From Candidatus Multivoradales bacterium (GTDB lineage: Bacteria; Acidobacteriota; Thermoanaerobaculia; Multivoradales; Multivoraceae), in NCBI GenBank assembly GCA_965223325.1, contig CBDCWI010000002.1, positions 2,784,001 through 2,848,000 of the forward strand: a stretch of 64,000 bases of DNA, read 5' to 3'. Both the position numbers and the translations under genes were made by a program. The notes beneath the pieces were generated by a model. That model was not told the origin of the DNA, searched no databases, and saw only the letters and a program-made list of their open reading frames with translations. Below, piece after piece: positions 36,969-46,400 of this stretch. Numbering within the stretch: the stretch's first letter is position 1; each line of letters opens with the position of its first letter.

Positions 36969-39194
36969 ATGCCCGTCCGTAACCAAGGAACCCCAGGCCC
37001 CGACTTTGACCGTATTGCCCAGCGGCAAGCGGACCACCAACAGCCCTCACCCCAAGCCCAACAGGCGGCTGCACAACTCGAACAGCTGATCTGGGCAGCG
37101 GCCCAAAAGGCCGGCGAGCCCCCAGAGGCCATTGTCTCTGCCCTCCAGGCCGGTCAGGTCACTCCCGAAGACCTGGTCGCCTTCGTCCAGGGCGACGACT
37201 ATCAACCCCAGGCCGACAAGACCCAGCAGACGAAGGAGAAGCACAAGCCAACCTTCTATCCGATCACCCTCGGGACCGACCTCGACAACAAGGCGGTCGA
37301 GGCTCTCACCAGCGTGATGTCCGACCCGAAGTTCCTCGAAGCGATCAACTCCCCCAACCGCCGCGACCAGCTGTGGGCCAAAGACTATGCCGCTGCTATG
37401 GCCTATCAGGCGATGGGTGGCGACGCCGCCGGCTTCAAGTATCCGAAGCTGGTGGTTCGCGCCTTCCGGCAGGTCCTGCATCAGGCGCTCGGAACTGCTC
37501 AGCGTGAAGGCATCGACATCTACGCCGCGCTCGACAAAGCCTTCTCGACTCGCGGCCACTTCACCGCCCGCACCGAGCCGGTCAAGCCGCCTACCCCGCC
37601 AGAGAGCCCGGCCGGAACGGGTTCCGACCTCGGCGCCGACGGCAATCGCAAGGCGATCGACGCCCTGGCAGCCGTTCTCTCCGGAAAACCGATTCCAGGC
37701 ACCCCGCTCGACGATCCGGAGCTCCAGCAGCTCGTCGACACCGCGAGTGGTCTCGCCGCGGCCCTCGAGTCCGGCGACACCGAGGCGATCAACGAAGCCT
37801 TGGGCGCCGCACCCGCCGCCATAACAGCGGCCCTGGTCACCAGCGGCGTCGATGTCAAAGACGTCGAAGGCCTCATTGACACCATCGCTGGCGTTCTGAC
37901 CTCGGCCAGCCAGGCAGTCGCCGAGGGTGCGACCCCGATGAACGCGCTTGCCGCCGTGCTCAGCGAAACCGGAGACTTCCCGCTTGCGGGCACTGACCCG
38001 GCCGACCCGGCGGAAGGCGAAACGCCGGCCGAAGGAATCGACCTGGGCGGTGAGGGCAACCAGACCGCCATCGAGCTGATGGCCGCACTCTTCCAGGGCC
38101 GGGACATCCCCGGCGCCGACGTGAATGTCGAACCGCTCAAGTCGTACTACCAGACCGCCAAGGGCCTCCAGAAGGCCCTCGAAAGCGGCGACGCCGATGC
38201 CATTGCCAAGGCGATCGACGCCGCTCCTCTCGTTCTGACGGCGGCCCTGGCCAAGAGCGGCATCGACATTGCCGACAACCCCGCCGCAGTCACCAGCGCC
38301 TTCCGCCAGGTCATGCAGGCTACGGCGGCCGGCATGGCCGAAGGTGCCAGCTTCGAGGACGCGATGACGGCAGCGATCAACGAGACCGGGCATTTCGCTC
38401 TCGAAGGTCCGGTCGGAGTCGATCTCGGCGCCCACGGCAACAGGGTGATGCTCGACAACATCGCCAAGCTGTTGAGCGGTATGCCGATCGCTGGAGGTGA
38501 TCTCGACGTCGCCCCATTCAACGACTTCTACGAGATCGCCCGCGGCCTGCGCACCGCCATCACCAAGGGCGACGAGGCGGCGATCCAAAAGGCGCTAGAC
38601 GTCGCACCAATGGTGCTCACCCACGCCCTCGGCAAAGCCGGTATCGGAATGAAAGATGCCCAGGCGACGATGGCTGCCATCTCGCAGCTGCTGCAGAGCG
38701 TGGTGACGAATCTCCAGGCCGGTAACGACCTCGACGCTGCCATCGCTTCCGCAGTGAAAGCCACCGGCCACTTCGCGGGTGTCGAGGTGGAGGAGCCCGT
38801 CGTCGATGACGTCGATGACGTCGATGGTACCGACGACGTCGATGACGCGGACGATGTCGATGACGCGGACGATGTCGATGACGCAGACGATGTTGATGAC
38901 ACCGACGACGTCGACGATGCGGACGACGTCGATGACACGGACGATGTCGTGGACACGGACGATGTTGACGACGCCGAAGACGTCGATGACGCAGACGATG
39001 TCGTTGACACGGATGACGCAGGCGAAGACCCCGAAGTCGAAGACCCCGGCGATCGACCCAGCCGACCAGGTCGCCCGGACATTCCCAACCCCGACACCAC
39101 GCCGACCGACAACGACCACGAGAACGAAGAAGAGGAAGAAACCGACGAGGAGATCGACGTCGACCGCCACGCCCGCCCTGACCGCGGTCGCTAG
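36969..39194 (+). CDS. hypothetical acidic protein with repeated ~120-aa domain and Asp-rich tandem repeat tail
   Basis: AAGGAG SD, strong codon bias; repeats GxDLGxxGN...TG(H/D)F at aa 218-337, 356-476, 483-602, degenerate copy at aa 98-198; no signal peptide. Confidence 0.88.
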   Translation: MPVRNQGTPGPDFDRIAQRQADHQQPSPQAQQAAAQLEQLIWAAAQKAGEPPEAIVSALQAGQVTPEDLVAFVQGDDYQPQADKTQQTKEKHKPTFYPITLGTDLDNKAVEALTSVMSDPKFLEAINSPNRRDQLWAKDYAAAMAYQAMGGDAAGFKYPKLVVRAFRQVLHQALGTAQREGIDIYAALDKAFSTRGHFTARTEPVKPPTPPESPAGTGSDLGADGNRKAIDALAAVLSGKPIPGTPLDDPELQQLVDTASGLAAALESGDTEAINEALGAAPAAITAALVTSGVDVKDVEGLIDTIAGVLTSASQAVAEGATPMNALAAVLSETGDFPLAGTDPADPAEGETPAEGIDLGGEGNQTAIELMAALFQGRDIPGADVNVEPLKSYYQTAKGLQKALESGDADAIAKAIDAAPLVLTAALAKSGIDIADNPAAVTSAFRQVMQATAAGMAEGASFEDAMTAAINETGHFALEGPVGVDLGAHGNRVMLDNIAKLLSGMPIAGGDLDVAPFNDFYEIARGLRTAITKGDEAAIQKALDVAPMVLTHALGKAGIGMKDAQATMAAISQLLQSVVTNLQAGNDLDAAIASAVKATGHFAGVEVEEPVVDDVDDVDGTDDVDDADDVDDADDVDDADDVDDTDDVDDADDVDDTDDVVDTDDVDDAEDVDDADDVVDTDDAGEDPEVEDPGDRPSRPGRPDIPNPDTTPTDNDHENEEEEETDEEIDVDRHARPDRGR
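38814..39011 (+). repeat. 11 tandem 18-nt repeats encoding DDVDD(A/T)
   Basis: DDVDGT DDVDDA DDVDDA DDVDDA DDVDDT DDVDDA DDVDDT DDVVDT DDVDDA EDVDDA DDVVDT, with synonymous variation. Confidence 0.95.
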
Positions 39195-39220
39195 GGAAGC
39201 AGAGAGACCTCGCTCGAGGA

Positions 39221-39259
39221 AAAGAATGGCCGGATCGGGCGTCTACCCGGTCCGGCCAT
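39221..39259 (-). terminator. intrinsic terminator between convergent genes
   Basis: ATGGCCGGATCGGG / CCCGGTCCGGCCAT stem (39226-39259), followed on minus strand by TCTTTT. Confidence 0.65.
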
Positions 39260-39359
39260 ATTGATTCGATTCGATGTGAAGGGATTCAGCGCGCCCTTCC
39301 ACTGACGGCCACGAGGGGGGAGGCGAGACCAACAGGGGGGGCGTCCTGAATGAGGGGAT

Positions 39360-39716
39360 CTACTGAATCCGAATGGACTCCTCGCCAGCGCAGGCACCAA
39401 GCGTTTCGAACGAAATGACCGCGAAGAAGCGCTCATCTCCGTCCTTCTTCCACACGCCTTCGAGCACCAACCGGTGCCCGATGTAGTCGGACAGCTGCTC
39501 TGCGCGAACCAGAAACTCCTGGCCCTCGTCGTCGACCAGGCTATGCGCCCCTTCGGTCGTCGTCTCGCCAAGGCAACCGGTGATCGTGATGGCGACGCTG
39601 TCCTTGTCGACCGAAGTAGCGGCGACCGACCCAGTCAACGAGCCAAGTAGCGACGCCACGGCGGCGAGCAGGCTGAGGCGCAGAAAGAGACTCTCCACTC
39701 TCATGACGTTCTCCAT
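39360..39716 (-). CDS. small exported protein (DUF5818-like beta-barrel, TITGCL motif)
   Basis: Signal-like N-terminus, TITGCL...YIGHRLVLEG...C; GGAGG SD. Confidence 0.75.
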   Translation of the reverse strand: MENVMRVESLFLRLSLLAAVASLLGSLTGSVAATSVDKDSVAITITGCLGETTTEGAHSLVDDEGQEFLVRAEQLSDYIGHRLVLEGVWKKDGDERFFAVISFETLGACAGEESIRIQ

Positions 39717-39837
39717 GACACTCCTACCTCCATCGAGGCTGTAGAGGAGCGGGCCACCGAACTCGCGCCTTCCTCTCAGGAAGCTTCGTCGGGACACCCA
39801 CCACAGACACTGCGCTAGACATCTACACTTAGCGATA

Positions 39838-39853
39838 AGCACTTTCCATGCCC
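39838..39853 (-). promoter_or_regulatory. possible sigma54 promoter of the small exported protein
   Basis: Minus strand GGGCATGGAAAGTGCT with GG-N10-GC spacing, about 120 nt upstream of ATG. Confidence 0.4.
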
Positions 39854-40119
39854 ACCCGAGAGCGACCGGAAACTCGACACCACCGTTCCGGACACGGGGT
39901 GATTCGAGCCAGCCGGGCACGGTCCCGAACGCCGCCGCGGCCAACACGGCGCACGCAGCGAGGGCGCACAAAGGCGTCGTTGTACCGCCCGGCGAGGAAC
40001 CACGAGCGGCCGCGTGATCGGAGGAAAACAGGCGCAGACAGCAACGCCAATCCGGCGCTGGCGGTCACCGGTACGATGCAACGCGCAATCTGCAACTTCA
40101 GATGTCGAGGAGATTCGTG

Positions 40120-43100
40120 ATGGCTTTCTCACCCCGTGCCACCAGAAACCGGCACCCATGGCAGGCATGGCTCCAGGCTGGCGGCTGCCTCCTGGCAATC
40201 GCCTGCGCCGGCTCGCCAGCCCCGGCCGTCGATCCTCGTGACACCAGGTTGCTGAGCGAGCCCGATCTGTCGACCGAGCACATTGCCTTCGCTTACGCCG
40301 GCGACCTCTGGATCGGCCCACGGGACGGCGGTACCGCACGGCGCCTCACCGCCCACCCGGGAACCGAGAGCGACCCGAGGTTCTCGCCCGACGGCTCGCT
40401 GGTGGCATTCACCGGTGAGTACGACGGAAACGTTGACGTCTTCATCGTGCCGGTCAGCGGTGGCGCACCCCTGCGACTGACCTATCACCCTGGCGATGAT
40501 CGCATCGAAGGCTTCACCCCCGACGGCCGTGCCGTGCTCTTCTTCTCGCAGCGCGAGACGTTCACCAGCCGCCACACTCAGATCTTCTCGGTCGGCCTCG
40601 AGGGCGGTTTCCCAGACCGGCTGCCAATTCCCCAGGGCTTGCGCGCCGACATGGACCGCTCAGAGGAGCGCATTGCCTACGTGCCAACTCCCGAGCGTCA
40701 TCAACAGTGGAAGAACTACCGCGGCGGCACCGTGGCACGAATCTGGATCCAGTCGCTCGAGGATCATTCCGTCGTCGAAGTACCGCAACCGCCCAGTCGC
40801 TCGAACGACACCGATCCCGTCTTCGTCGACGGCAAGCTCTACTTCCGCTCGGACCGGGCGGGCGAGTTCAACATCTTCCAGTTCGATCCGTCAGATAGCG
40901 CCATCGAACAGCTGACCCATTTCGAAGACTTCCCGGTTCTAGCACTCGAGACTGACGGCACGTCTCTCGTGTTCGAACAGGCCGGCTACGTGCACTTGCT
41001 CGATCTCCGCGACTCCGGCAACACCCAACGGGTGAAGTTCTCCGTACCCGCAGATCTGCCCGACGTACGGCCGCGGTGGGTCTCTGGCACCCGTTGGATC
41101 CGCGGCGGCACCATATCGCCCACCGGCAAACGCGCCGCGCTCGAGTTCCGTGGCGACATTGTCACCCTGCCACGGAAAAAGGGCGACAGCCGTAACCTGA
41201 CCTCCTCCTCCGATGCGCACGAACGCGACCCGGCCTGGTCACCCGACGGTTCTCATATCGCCTACTTCTCCGATCAAAACGGTGAATACGAGCTCCACAT
41301 CGCCCCGCAAACGGGTGCGCGGGGCGACAGCAGTGCTCTTCGCGCCTTCGCTCTCGATGGCGCCGGCTTCTACGAAGACCTCGAGTGGTCACCTGACTCA
41401 CGCTACTTGACCTACTCCGACAACTCGTGGGCATTGTGGCTGCTCGACACCGAGGCCGGCCAGCAGACGAAGATCACCCAGACACCTCACTACGGCCCGG
41501 GCGGCGACTTTCGCCCCCTTCACCACGCCTGGTCGCCCGATTCCCGCTGGCTCGCCTATACCGTCAACACCCGGGCGTACGTGCAACAGGTCTTCATCTA
41601 CGACATGGAGAACGGCCAGTCGCACGCGGTGAGCGACGGCCTGTCAGAGACCAGCGACCCGGTCTTCGACAAGAGCGGCAAGTACCTCTACTTTCTTTCG
41701 TCGACTGACGCTGGTCCGGCGAAACACTGGTTTGCCATGTCCAACGCCGACGTCTCGGTCACTCATTCAGTGCAGATCGCCGTCCTCTCTGCCGATGAGC
41801 CATCGCCGCTGGGACCAGAGAGCGACGAGGAGCCCGACGAGGAAAGCGACGACGGCTCATCAGAAGCAGGCGCCGACGAAACACCCGAGACGCGCATCGA
41901 CTTCGATGGCCTCGACCAACGCATTCTCTCGATGCCGCTCGCCGCCGGTACCTACGCCGACCTACAGACCGGCCGTGCCGGTCAGGTCTGGTACCGACGG
42001 CTCGACACGGGACCGAACGCGACAGGTGCCGGAACGTTGGCGCACTACGACTTCGACGCGCGCGAAGAAAAGGTCATCGCCAAGCAGATCGACGGCTACC
42101 TGCTGAGCGCCAGCAGCACCCATCTCCTCTATGTGCGTGGAGACAACTGGGGCATCGCCGACGCCGGTCCCAAGATCGACCTCGGCGAGAGCCGAGTCAC
42201 GGTGGACGCACTGCGCACTCGCATCGACCCGCGCGCTGAGTGGCAACAGATCTTCGATGAGGTCTGGCGAATCAATCGTGACTATTTCTACGACCCCGGC
42301 ATGCACGGCGCCGACTGGCAGGCGATGGCAGAGAAGTACGCAGCCTTTCTGCCACACGTCACCTCGCGCGCCGACCTCAACCGCGTCCTGCAGTGGATGT
42401 GTAGCGAGATCGCGGTCGGCCATCATCGAGTCGGCGGAGGCGACCTGGGGGACTCGACTCCGACGATCCCGGGCGGCCTGCTCGGAGCCGACTGGGAGGT
42501 CGACCAGAATCGCTACCGACTGCGCCGCATCTATGGCGGGCTCAACTGGAACCCGGAGCTGCGCGCACCGCTCACCGAACCAGGCGTGCAGGTCCGGGAG
42601 GGCGATTACCTGCTGGCCGTCGACGGTATCGAGCTCACCTCCGAAGAAAACCTGTTCGCACGCTTCGAACACACCGCCGACCGCACGGTCGAACTGCGAG
42701 TGGCGAGCACTCCGACCGGCGAAGACGCCCGCACCATGAATGTGCGACCGATCGCCGACGAGGGGGCCTTGCGCAACCGGGCGTGGGTCGAAGGCAACCT
42801 TCAGAAGGTCCACGACGCAACCAACGGCCGCGTCGCCTACGTCTACGTCCCCAACACGACGACGGCTGGTCACACCTACTTCAAGCGCTACTTCTATCCG
42901 CAGGTCGACAAACAGGCACTGATCGTCGACGAACGCTTCAACGGTGGTGGCCAGGTCGCCGACTACTACATCGACCATTTGCGCAGGCCACTCATTTCCT
43001 GGTGGGCCACCCGCTACGGCGACGCGCTGATGACGCCGAGCGCGTCGATTCAAGGACCCAAGGTGATGTTGATCGACGAAACCGCCGGCTCCGGCGGTGA

Positions 43101-43431
43101 CCTCCTGCCGTGGATGTTCAGAAAGCTCGAGCTAGGAACCCTGGTGGGTAAACGGACGTGGGGCGGCCTGGTCGGCACTCTGGGCTTTCCCAATCTGATC
43201 GACGGTGGTTTCGTGACCGCACCCAATCTGGCGATCTGGAACGAAGACGGGTTCATCGTCGAGAACGTCGGCGTACCACCCGATGTCGAGGTCGAGCAGT
43301 GGCCCGCCGACGTCCTGGCCGGTCGCGATCCACAGCTCGAGCAGGCCATCAAGGTCGTTCTCGAGGAGCTGGAGCGCGCACCGCCCATCCGCCCCGAGCG
43401 GCCGCCGTTCCCAATTCGCGCCAGGCCCTAG
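40120..43431 (+). CDS. tricorn protease-like S41 peptidase
   Basis: PD40/beta-propeller repeats (FSPDG, WSPD), PDZ region, DERFNGGG, AGSGGD catalytic Ser, GKRTWGG, ENVGVPPD. Confidence 0.95.
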   Translation: MAFSPRATRNRHPWQAWLQAGGCLLAIACAGSPAPAVDPRDTRLLSEPDLSTEHIAFAYAGDLWIGPRDGGTARRLTAHPGTESDPRFSPDGSLVAFTGEYDGNVDVFIVPVSGGAPLRLTYHPGDDRIEGFTPDGRAVLFFSQRETFTSRHTQIFSVGLEGGFPDRLPIPQGLRADMDRSEERIAYVPTPERHQQWKNYRGGTVARIWIQSLEDHSVVEVPQPPSRSNDTDPVFVDGKLYFRSDRAGEFNIFQFDPSDSAIEQLTHFEDFPVLALETDGTSLVFEQAGYVHLLDLRDSGNTQRVKFSVPADLPDVRPRWVSGTRWIRGGTISPTGKRAALEFRGDIVTLPRKKGDSRNLTSSSDAHERDPAWSPDGSHIAYFSDQNGEYELHIAPQTGARGDSSALRAFALDGAGFYEDLEWSPDSRYLTYSDNSWALWLLDTEAGQQTKITQTPHYGPGGDFRPLHHAWSPDSRWLAYTVNTRAYVQQVFIYDMENGQSHAVSDGLSETSDPVFDKSGKYLYFLSSTDAGPAKHWFAMSNADVSVTHSVQIAVLSADEPSPLGPESDEEPDEESDDGSSEAGADETPETRIDFDGLDQRILSMPLAAGTYADLQTGRAGQVWYRRLDTGPNATGAGTLAHYDFDAREEKVIAKQIDGYLLSASSTHLLYVRGDNWGIADAGPKIDLGESRVTVDALRTRIDPRAEWQQIFDEVWRINRDYFYDPGMHGADWQAMAEKYAAFLPHVTSRADLNRVLQWMCSEIAVGHHRVGGGDLGDSTPTIPGGLLGADWEVDQNRYRLRRIYGGLNWNPELRAPLTEPGVQVREGDYLLAVDGIELTSEENLFARFEHTADRTVELRVASTPTGEDARTMNVRPIADEGALRNRAWVEGNLQKVHDATNGRVAYVYVPNTTTAGHTYFKRYFYPQVDKQALIVDERFNGGGQVADYYIDHLRRPLISWWATRYGDALMTPSASIQGPKVMLIDETAGSGGDLLPWMFRKLELGTLVGKRTWGGLVGTLGFPNLIDGGFVTAPNLAIWNEDGFIVENVGVPPDVEVEQWPADVLAGRDPQLEQAIKVVLEELERAPPIRPERPPFPIRARP

Positions 43432-43460
43432 GCCCTCACTCTTGGCTGGGGGAGCGATTG

Positions 43461-44390
43461 GTGAATGACGAGCGCGAGCTCCTGGCAATCGTCAATCCGG
43501 CGGCGGGCAACGGTCGCGGGGCCCGGCGCGCCACGCCCCTACTTGAACGCCTGGGCCGCTCGCGCAAGATCACGGTTCGGCATACCGAAAAGGTCGGCGA
43601 CGCCTTCGCCTGGGCCGCAGAAGCGAGCCGGCAGTCGGGTTCCTGCGACATCATCGCGGTCGGTGGTGATGGCACGGCGTTCGAGATCGTCAACGGGGTC
43701 TGTTCGGCAACACCAGGACAGAGCGCCGAGAGGCGGCCGGGGCTCGCGATGTTGCCCGTCGGAACCGGCAACTCGATGGTCCACGACCTGGCGCCGGAAG
43801 GAGCAGATGAGGTTCTCGGCAGACTTCTCGGCGGCCACTCGAGGCCGGTCGATGTACTGCGGGTGGATCTGGAGAACCCGGCCGGCGAGCCAGAGCACCT
43901 CTGGGCGCTCGGCAACCTGAGCCTGGGCTTCGCGGTCGAGGTCGTGCAGGCCACCGAAGAACGTCTCAAAGGACTCGGTGTCTTCGGCTACACCGCGGGG
44001 GTGTTCGCGGCACTCCACGGCCTTTCTCCTACCGTCTTCGACCTCGGTTGTGACGGCGAGGCCAGCGAAGAGCACGCTGCCCTCCTGGTCTCGATCAGCA
44101 ACAACCCCACGCTCGGCGGCAACATGACCATGTCACCGGGCGCGCGCGTCGACGACGGCGTCTTCGACCTCATCGAAGTGCTACCGGTAGGTCGGTTCGA
44201 GCTTCTGCGCGCGTTCCCGCGCATCTTCCGTGGCACCCACCTCCGCCATCCAAGAGTCCGACACCGGCAGGCGGCTAAGTTCCTACTCGACACCAGGGGC
44301 GTTACAACACTGCTCATCGATGGCGAACTGCGGCGCGGCCACATCAAGAACGCCTGCGTCGAACCGGCGGCGATCAACCTCATGTTCTAG
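43461..44390 (+). CDS. diacylglycerol/lipid kinase family protein (YegS/DgkB-like)
   Basis: IVNPAAG, VGGDGT, LPVGTGN, DDG, IDGE. Confidence 0.9.
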   Translation: MNDERELLAIVNPAAGNGRGARRATPLLERLGRSRKITVRHTEKVGDAFAWAAEASRQSGSCDIIAVGGDGTAFEIVNGVCSATPGQSAERRPGLAMLPVGTGNSMVHDLAPEGADEVLGRLLGGHSRPVDVLRVDLENPAGEPEHLWALGNLSLGFAVEVVQATEERLKGLGVFGYTAGVFAALHGLSPTVFDLGCDGEASEEHAALLVSISNNPTLGGNMTMSPGARVDDGVFDLIEVLPVGRFELLRAFPRIFRGTHLRHPRVRHRQAAKFLLDTRGVTTLLIDGELRRGHIKNACVEPAAINLMF

Positions 44391-44421
44391 CGTCCTTCTT
44401 ACCCCCGGGCTGCCCTTGCGA

Positions 44422-44763
44422 TCACGTCGGTAAGTCGTCCCAGCTGCGCTCGATGGCACGCAGGTGCACGCCCTGCCCGATGCGGTAGCCGAGATGAACT
44501 GCTACCAGCAGGACTCCAACCGTAAAGACGGTCTCTTCACTTCGTCCGAGGAAGAGAAACGTCTCCTGGCGGTCGCGCAAGAGAAAGAGCAGCAGGATCG
44601 CTGCCCCGTGAATCAGAACGACGACCCAGGTGCGGCGACTCGCCCTCGAAAGCTCGTCGCGCGCGATCTCACGGCCCTCGGGGCTCTCGAGGTCCTCCCC
44701 TTCGGGAACTCGGACGGAAGCGATATCGAGTAACAACTCGCGAACCACTCGTGATCGAAGCAA
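44422..44763 (-). CDS. hypothetical membrane protein
   Basis: 113 aa with two hydrophobic helices; start uncertain. Confidence 0.6.
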   Translation of the reverse strand: MLRSRVVRELLLDIASVRVPEGEDLESPEGREIARDELSRASRRTWVVVLIHGAAILLLFLLRDRQETFLFLGRSEETVFTVGVLLVAVHLGYRIGQGVHLRAIERSWDDLPT

Positions 44764-44953
44764 AGCACCCTCCTGCCAGGCACGGACTGCTGGCGTTCTG
44801 ACTCAGCGAATCGGAATCAGGGCCGAGGCTAGCAGTGAGAACCGCCGCACCGGCTATTGCTCGGTGCCGGCGCGGAACTTTGCCCACGTCAACACGTAGA
44901 CCATCCCGTATTCTCTGGTATCGATTCCACTCGCCTCAGACAGGAGCCGCTCG

Positions 44954-45523
44954 ATGCGCCGCGCCCAAGACAACTTTCATGTTCCCACTCCGCGAATCCT
45001 GCGAGCCGTCGGAATCCTCTGCTGTGTCGTCCTGGCTTGGGCCGGCCTCCAGACCGCAACGGCACAGGAGCGTGGCAACGACGAGATCCGACGCAGCAAG
45101 AACGGCGTCGCAGAAGGCGAGCTCGGCGGCATCGAAACGCGGATCACCTACGGCCGCCCGGCCGCCCGCGGTCGGCAGCTATGGGGAAAGCTGGTCCCCT
45201 TTGGCGAAGTCTGGCGCGCCGGCGCCGATGAGGCGACCACGATCACCTTTGCCGAACCGGCGACTCTCGGCGGCCAAGAGGTCCCCGCTGGTACTTACGC
45301 CCTCTTCGTTCTACCCGACGAAGCATCGTGGATGTTCATCATCAACGCCGTCGCCAACCAGTGGGGAGCCTTCGCCTACGACGAAAGCCAGGATCTGGCA
45401 AGGATCCGCGCCAAGGTAGAGGAAGCGAACCAGTTCGCCGAACAGCTGACGTTCACCATCGAGAACGATCGCGTTCGGCTGCAGTGGGGGAGCGCGACGG
45501 CGTCGTTCGCACTCGACGACTGA
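44954..45523 (+). CDS. DUF2911 domain exported protein
   Basis: ITYGRP..RGR.LWGKLVPFGEVWRAGADEATTI, AGTYALF, QWGAF.YD. Confidence 0.9.
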   Translation: MRRAQDNFHVPTPRILRAVGILCCVVLAWAGLQTATAQERGNDEIRRSKNGVAEGELGGIETRITYGRPAARGRQLWGKLVPFGEVWRAGADEATTITFAEPATLGGQEVPAGTYALFVLPDEASWMFIINAVANQWGAFAYDESQDLARIRAKVEEANQFAEQLTFTIENDRVRLQWGSATASFALDD

Positions 45524-45598
45524 CGCCAGGCGATCGGAACGCACCGGGCCGGCAGTGACCCCGGCCCGGCAGAGAGCGCCAGATTCACCTCCACCTCG

Positions 45599-46105
45599 TC
45601 AGTCCCCCTCAGACCGCCGACGCACTTCCAGGGTCTCACGCAAGAGGTCCAGGACTGCCCGATCCTTGGAACGATTTGCCTCCTCTTTGGTTGCAATCAG
45701 CGTCTCGAGCCCCAGGACCGAAACCGCCATGCCATGAATCACATGTTGGCCCGATCCTTCGAGGAGGTCTTCGTAGGCTCGTCCCTCACCCACGGTCGCA
45801 AGGACATCGAGGCGTCCGAAACGAGTCCGGAAGAGGTGGTGACCGCCCCGCCGAAGGCGCCCTGGATCTGGCCGGACCGTACGTCCCGCCGGGTCGACAT
45901 AGATCGCATCCAGCGCCGCGAGTGCCTCCACGAGTCGCCGCACGTTGGCATCAGAGTTCTCGTAGACCACGTCGAGGTCGAACGTTGACACGGGCGACCC
46001 CTCGAGGACTGCGGCCACCCCGCCGACGACGATGAAGTCGACTTTCGACGTGGTGAGGGCCCGAAGAAGATCGACGAAACGAACCGGCCGCCGTTCGTCA
46101 GCCAT
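45599..46105 (-). CDS. nucleotidyltransferase-fold protein (DUF6036/AbiEii-like)
   Basis: FIVVGGVAAVLEGSPVSTFDLD, FGRLDVL, TKEEANRSKD. Confidence 0.85.
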   Translation of the reverse strand: MADERRPVRFVDLLRALTTSKVDFIVVGGVAAVLEGSPVSTFDLDVVYENSDANVRRLVEALAALDAIYVDPAGRTVRPDPGRLRRGGHHLFRTRFGRLDVLATVGEGRAYEDLLEGSGQHVIHGMAVSVLGLETLIATKEEANRSKDRAVLDLLRETLEVRRRSEGD

Positions 46106-46295
46106 GAACAGGTGTCCAGAACGCATCGACGAAGTCCTGGAGCACCTCGAGCCTAGCCTCGGCGCTCAGGGAAAGGGACCAGCAAATCAAGTCGAGATCG
46201 GCCATCGAAGCACTCGCCGAATCTCCAAACGCAGGCTCTGACATATCGGCCGGGTCATCGTCGCAAGGGGTCGTTTCCTTTGTCTCGACACTCAC
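46098..46295 (-). CDS. small protein coupled to nucleotidyltransferase (putative antitoxin-like partner)
   Basis: DLDLICWSLSLSAEARLEVLQ motif; 8-nt overlap with NTase; GTG 6 nt after extended -10 TGtTATCGT (alternative ATG 46244). Confidence 0.6.
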   Translation of the reverse strand: MSVETKETTPCDDDPADMSEPAFGDSASASMADLDLICWSLSLSAEARLEVLQDFVDAFWTPVHG

Positions 46296-46400
46296 TCGAG
46301 AACGATAACAGTCAGGAACCGGTGGCCTGACCGCACGCCGCGAGTGTCGAGAACACGCTGCTAGGCTGAAGCGAAACCACCACACCTCAGGAGGCTCCTC

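Noticed and set aside
35510-37132. 540-aa Arg-rich minus-strand ORF
   Set aside because: Alternative frame overlapping the O-antigen ligase gene; composition typical of GC-rich off-frames
38814-39011. 18-nt repeats as a CRISPR array
   Set aside because: No unique spacers, in-frame coding repeat with synonymous variation, no cas genes
37047-39170. Minus-strand ORFs of 513, 194 (Ser/Thr repeat) and 191 aa (Val/Ile/Asp repeat)
   Set aside because: Antisense frames of the repeat protein, which has the SD and codon bias
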